DNA of 64,000 bases, taken from the NCBI RefSeq assembly GCF_009914755.1, contig NC_060940.1, one strand, 5' to 3'. The notes under the pieces were generated by a model, which was given only the letters and a program-made list of their open reading frames with translations, made no database searches and was not told where the DNA came from. Each line of letters starts with the position of its first letter. Position 1 is the stretch's first letter. Origin of the DNA: the human T2T-CHM13v2.0 reference genome, Homo sapiens. Made by a program: the position numbers and the translations under genes. Below, in pieces: positions 58,019 through 64,000 of this stretch.

Positions 58019-61000
58019 CATGATGATTCCATTCCTTTCCATTCAATGATTCCATTCGATTCCGTTTGATGATGATTTCATTCGAGTCCATTTGATGATT
58101 CCATTTGATTTCTTTCGATGATGATTCCATTCGAGTCCATTCGATGATTCTATTCGAATCCATTTGATGATTTCTTTTGATTATATTTGGTGATGATTCC
58201 ATTGGAGTCCATTCAATGATTCCATTCTATTCCAATCGATGATGATTCCATTAGAGTCCATTTAATGATTCCATTTGATTCCAGTCTCTGATGATTACAT
58301 TCGAGTCCATACGATGATTCCACTCAATTCCATATCATGATGATTCCATTTGATTCCATTCGGTGATTCCGTTCTATTCTATTCAATGGTGATTCCATTC
58401 GAGTACATTAGATGATTCCATTCGATTCCATTCATTGATGATTCTATTTGTGTCCCTTAGATGATTCCACATGATTCCATTAGATGATGATACTATTTGA
58501 GCCCATCCAATGATTCCCTTCGATTCCATTCGATGAGGATTCCATTCGATTCAATTCATTGGTGATTCTATTCAATTCAATTCTTTGATTCCATTCCATT
58601 CCATTCGACAATGATTCCATTTGATTTCTTTCGATGATTCCACTCGATTCCACTTGACATTGATTCCATTCGATTCCATTCAATGATTCCATTTGATTCC
58701 AGTGGATGATGATTGCCATCGATTCCATTCGATCACTCCATTCTATTCCATTTGATGATGATTACATTCGATTCCATTTGATGATTCCATCTGATTCTAT
58801 TCGAGGATTCCATTTGATTCCATTCGATGATGATTCCATTCGAGTCCATTCGATGATTTCATTCGAGTACATCCAATGATTCCATTCGAGTCCATTAGAT
58901 GATTCCATTTGATTCCATTTGAAAATGATTCTACTAGAGTCCATTCAATGACTCCATTCGAGTCCATTCAACAATTCCATTCGACTCCATTCGATGATTC
59001 CATTCGATTCCATTTGATGGTTCCATTCGAGTCCATTTAATCATTACAGTCGAGTCCATTTGGTGATTCCACTGGATTTCTTTTGATAATGATACCATTC
59101 AATTACATTTGATGATGATCCCATTCAATTTCATTTGATGATGATTCCATTAGAGTCCATTCGATGATTTCATTCGAGTCCCTTCATTGATTCCATCCGA
59201 TTTCATTGGATGATGACTCCATTCGAGTCCATTCGATGATTCCACTCGATTCCATTAGATGACTCCATTGGAGTCCATTTGATTGTTCCATTCGATTCCA
59301 TTTGATTCCTTTCGAAGATTATTCCATTTGAGTCCATTCGATGATGATTCCATTCCATTCCATTCCATGATTCCGTTTGATTCCATTCGATGATTCCCTT
59401 CGATTCCTTTCTTTGATGATTCCATTCCATTCCATTCAATGATTCCATTCGAATCTATTCCATGATGATTCCTTTCGATTCCATTCGCTGATGTTTCCGT
59501 TCAATTCCATTCGATGATGATTCCATTCGATTCCATTCATTGAGGATTCCATTTGATTCCATTCAATGATGATTCCATTCTATTCCATTCAATGATTGCA
59601 TTCAATTCCATTCAATGATTATCCCATTAGAGTAAACTCAACGATTCCATTCAATATCATTCGATGATGATTCCTTTTGAGTCCATTCAATGATTTCATT
59701 CAAGTCCATTTGATGATTCCTTTCAATTCCATTCTATGATGATTCCATTCGAGTCCATTCGATGATTCCATTCGATTGCATTCGATGATTCCATTATATT
59801 CCATTCAACGATGATTCCATTCGAGTCCGTTCCATGATTCCATTAGAGTACATTTAATGATTGCTTTGTTTTCAATTCGAAGATGATTACATTGGATTCC
59901 ATTCTATGATACCATTCGATTCCATTCAATGATGATTCCACTCAAATCCATTGGATGATTCCATTCGTGTCCATTCGGTGATTTCATTAGATTCCATTCG
60001 AGGATGATTCCATTCGATTCCATTCGATGATTCCATTCAATTCCATTCGATGATGATTCCATTCCAGTCCATATGATCATTCCATTTGATTTCATTCGAT
60101 GATGATTCCATTCGATTCCATTCGACGATTCCATTCTATTCCATTCAATGATGATTCCATTCGAGTCCATTCGATGATTCCATTCGAGTCCATTTAATGA
60201 TTCCATTGGGTTCAATTCAATGATGATTACATTGGATTCCGTTCTATGATTCCATTCAATTCCGTTCATTGACAATTTGATTCCATTCGATGATGATTCC
60301 ATTTGAGTTCATTCGATGATTCTATTCGATTCTCTTCGATGGTGATTCAATTCTATTATATTGGATGATTCCATTCGATTCCATTTGATGTTGATTCAAT
60401 TCGATTCTATTCGATGATGATTCCATTGGATTTCACTTGATGATTCTATTCGATTCCATTCAATGATGATTCACTTCTCGTCCATTGGATGATTCCATTT
60501 CATTCCATTCGATGATGATTCCATTCGATTCCATTCGATGATTCCATTTGATTCCATGCGACGGTGAGCAATTCGATTCAATTCCATGATGATTCTATTT
60601 GATTCAATTAGATGATGTTTCCATTCGAATCCATTCCATGATTATTCCATTGGAATCCATTCGGCGATGATTCCATATGAGTCAATTCAATGATGATTCC
60701 ATATGGGTCCGTTCGATGATAATTCCATTTGATTTCATTCGATGCTTCTATTCTATTCCAGTCGATGATGATTCCGTTGGAGTCCATACGATGATTCCAT
60801 TTGATTTCATTTGATGATGATTCCATTCGATGATGATTACATTGGATTCCATTCTATGATTCCATTCAATTCCATTCGTTGATGATTCGATTCCATTCAA
60901 TGATGATTCCATTTGAGTTCATTCGATGATTCTATTCGATTCCGTTCGATGGTGATTCAATTCTATTATATTGGATGATTCCACTCGATTCCATTTGATG

Positions 61001-64000
61001 ATTATTCCATTGGAGTCCACTTAGTGAATCCTTTAGATTCTACTCGACGATGATTCCATTCGAGTCCATTCGATGATACCATTCAATTCCATTCGTTGAT
61101 GCTTCCATTCAAGTGCATTCGATGATATCATTCGATTCCATTTGATGATAATTCCATTTGATTCCATGCGATGATTCTATTCGATTCCATTCAATGATAA
61201 TTCCATTCAATTCAGTGATTCCTCTGGACTCCATTTGATGATGATTCCATTCAATGATTCCATTCGATTCTATTCGAAAATGATTCCATTTGAATCCATT
61301 TGATGATGATTCCATTAGATTCCATTTGATGATTCCATTCGATTCCATTCGACGATGATTCCATTCCATTCCGTTTGATGATTCCATTCTATTCTATTCG
61401 ATGATGATTCCATTCGATTCCATTCGATGATGATTGGATTCGATTCCATTGGATGATTTCATTTGATTCCATTCGTTAATGATTTCGATCAATTCCATTC
61501 GATGATTCCATTCGATTCCATTCGATAATGATTACATCCGAGTCCATTCGATGATTCCCTTTGAGCCTGTTCGATAATTCCATTTGAGTCCAACCAATGA
61601 TTCCATTCATTTCCATTCAATGATTCCATTCGAGTCCATTTGATCATTCCGGTAGGGTCCATTCGATGTTGATTCCATTGGAGTGCATTCGATGATTCCA
61701 TTCGAGTCCATTTTAGGATTTGATTCGAGTCCTTTCGATGATTCCATTCGATTCCACTCGATGATGATTTCATTCGAGTCCATTCGACACTTCCAATCGA
61801 TTCCATTTGATGATTCCATTCGAGTCCAATTGATGATTCCATTCAATTCCATTCGATGATGATTCCGTACGATTCCATTCTGTGATGATTCCATGTGATT
61901 GCATTCAATGATGATTCCTTTCGATTGCATTCGATTATGATTCATTTCGTGTTCATTCTATGGTTCCACAGGTTTCCATTCGTGTCCATTCCGTTATTCC
62001 ATTCTATTCCATTTGATGATGATTCCGTTCGATTCCATTCATTGGTGATTCCACTCAATTCCATTCAATGATTCCATTCCATTTCTTTCAACAATGATTC
62101 CATTAGTTTCTAATCGATGATCCACTTGATTCCATTTGACGACGATTCCATTCTTGTCCATTCGATGATTCCATTTGATTCCATATGATGATGATTCCAT
62201 TCGATTCCATACCATGATGATTCCATTCGAGTCCATTCAATGGTGATTCCATTCAATTCCATTCGATGATTCCTTTTGATTCCATTCGATGATGATGGCA
62301 TTCGATTCCTTTCAATCATTCCCTTTGATTCCATTCAAAGGTGATTTCATTCAAGTCCATTCGATAATTGCATTCGATTCCATTCTATGATGATTCCATT
62401 CGAGTCCATTTGATGATTCCATTCAATTCAAGTCAATGATGATTCCATTCGATTCCATTCGATGATTCCATTGGATTCCATTCGATGATGATTCCATTCA
62501 AATCCATTCGATAATTCAATTCAAGTCCATTCGATGATGATTCCAATCGAATCCATTCAAAGATTCCATTCAGTTCCATTCGATGATTCCCTTAGATTCC
62601 ATTCGATGATTCCACTTGATTGCATTTACGATGATTCCATTCGATTCCATGTGATGATTCCATTCAATTCTATTCAATGATGTCTCCATTTGATTCCATT
62701 CGACCATGATTGCCTTTGATTCCATTCAATGATTCCATTCGGTTCCGTTTGATGATGATTCCGTTCGATTCCATTTGATGATTCCATTTGATTCCATTGG
62801 ATGAGTCCATTCGATTACATTCGATGATTATTCCATTCGAGTGCATTAGATGATTCCATTCGAGTCCATTCGATGATTCCATTCGATTCCATTCGATGTT
62901 GATTCTGTTCAAATCCATTCGATGATTCCACTCGATTCCATTCGTTGACTCCATTTGATCCCATTCGATGATTTCCTTTGATTCCCTTTGATGATCATTC
63001 CATTTGATTCAATTCGGTGATTTCATTTGATTCCATTCAGTGATGTTTCCATTCGACTCCATTCGATGATGATTCCATTCGACTCCATTCGATTATGATT
63101 TCATTCAATTCCATTCGATAATGATTCCCTTCGAGTCCATTCGATGATTCCATTCGATTCCATTCAACGATGATTTGATTCGTGTCCATTCGATGATTCC
63201 ATTTGATTCCACTTGATGATGATTCCATTCGAGTCCATTTGATGATTCCATTCAATTCCATACTCCGATGATTTCTTTTGAGCCCACTCAATGCTTCCAC
63301 TCGATTCCATATGATGATGACTCCATTCGATGAAATTCGATGATGATTCCATTCGCTTGCTTTCGATGATGATTCCACTTGAGTCCGTTAGAAGATTCTA
63401 TTCAATTACATTCCAGGACGATTCCGTTCGAGTCCATTTGATGATTCCATTAGACTCCATTCGACGATGATTCCATTCGATGTTATTCCATGATTCCATT
63501 CGATCTCATTCGATGATGATTCCATTCAACTCCATTCGATGTTTCCATTCGAGTTCATTCTATTATTCCATTAGATTCCATTCGATGATGATTCCATTCG
63601 ATTCCATTTGATGATTGCATTCTATTTCATTTGATGATGATTCCATTCGAGTCCACTCGATGATTCCATTCGAGTCCATTTAATGAATCCATTGGTTTCA
63701 ATTCTATGATGATTACATTGGATTCCATTCGTTGATGATTTCATTCGGTTCCATTCAATGATGATTCCATTCAATTCCTTTCAATGTTTCCATTCAATTC
63801 CATACGATGATGATTCCATTTGATTTGATTCGACAGTGAGCCATTCGATTCAATTCCATGATGATTCTATTTGATTCAATTGGTTGACATTTCCATTCGA
63901 TTCCATTCGATGATGATTCCCTTTGATTCCATTCAAAGATGATTCCATTCTAGCCCATTCAATCATTCCATTCGATTCTATTCAATGATGATTCCATTCA
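58019..64000 (+). repeat. Dimeric super-repeat copy 3, incomplete (U11 58019-63793 + start of U12 from 63794)
   Basis: Offset is 57681, with an intact unit start tcaattccatacg at 63794. Confidence 0.85.

Larger units (their letters stand above)
1..64000 (+). repeat. Satellite II (HSat2/HSATII) pericentromeric array, CATTC strand on +, 6,112-bp higher-order repeat (probably the 16q11.2 type)
   Basis: The sequence is continuous CATTCGATTC/CATTCGAGTC/GATGATTC motifs in 23/26-bp units, and the GATGAT spacer distinguishes HSat2 from HSat3. Near-identical ORFs recur at +6112 (234, 6346, 12458, 18570). The chromosome assignment rests on the known ~6.1-kb chr16 HSat2 period, not on an alignment. Confidence 0.97.

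Noticed and set aside
234-63378. Many short minus-strand ORFs (MESSNGIEWNH-like peptides), longest 164 aa at 25832-26326
   Set aside because: They are translations of the GAATG/ATCATC strand, which is poor in stops and rich in ATG, while the + strand is full of TGA. They overlap in several frames, recur with the HOR, and are gained or lost through single SNPs. There is no evidence of coding function.
1-64000. CRISPR-like or other repeat-spacer system
   Set aside because: There are no constant repeats separated by unique non-repeat spacers and no cas genes. All sequence is degenerate satellite.
1-64000. HSat3 or alpha satellite; strand inversion
   Set aside because: Pure (CATTC)n runs are short and GATGAT spacers dominate, which indicates HSat2. 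There is no 171-bp alphoid monomer; the 170-bp deletion and ~170-bp duplication sizes are coincidental. I saw no switch to GAATG orientation.

Overview
The whole window is primate, most likely human, classical satellite II (HSat2/HSATII): degenerate CATTC repeats built from 23/26-bp units of the CATTCGATTCCATTCGATGAT(GAT)TC type, in one orientation throughout. I see no genes, transposons, RNA genes or CRISPR arrays, and every ORF in the track is an artefact of the repeat. The array is a higher-order repeat (HOR) with an exact 6,112-bp period, which matches the ~6.1-kb HSat2 repeat known from human 16q11.2 (assignment by period only). Layout, using window position 1 as unit position 1: three intact units (1-18336); a truncated, increasingly diverged unit (18337-23886); a single-copy ~1.81-kb HSat2 block that is not part of the HOR (23887-25696); a diverged partial unit (25697-28424); a unit with 170-bp and 10-bp deletions (28425-34319); then an ~11.85-kb dimeric super-repeat marked by the same 374-bp deletion at 34319, 46168 and 58018. 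The interest lies in the array's evolutionary architecture. I found no new protein-coding system.
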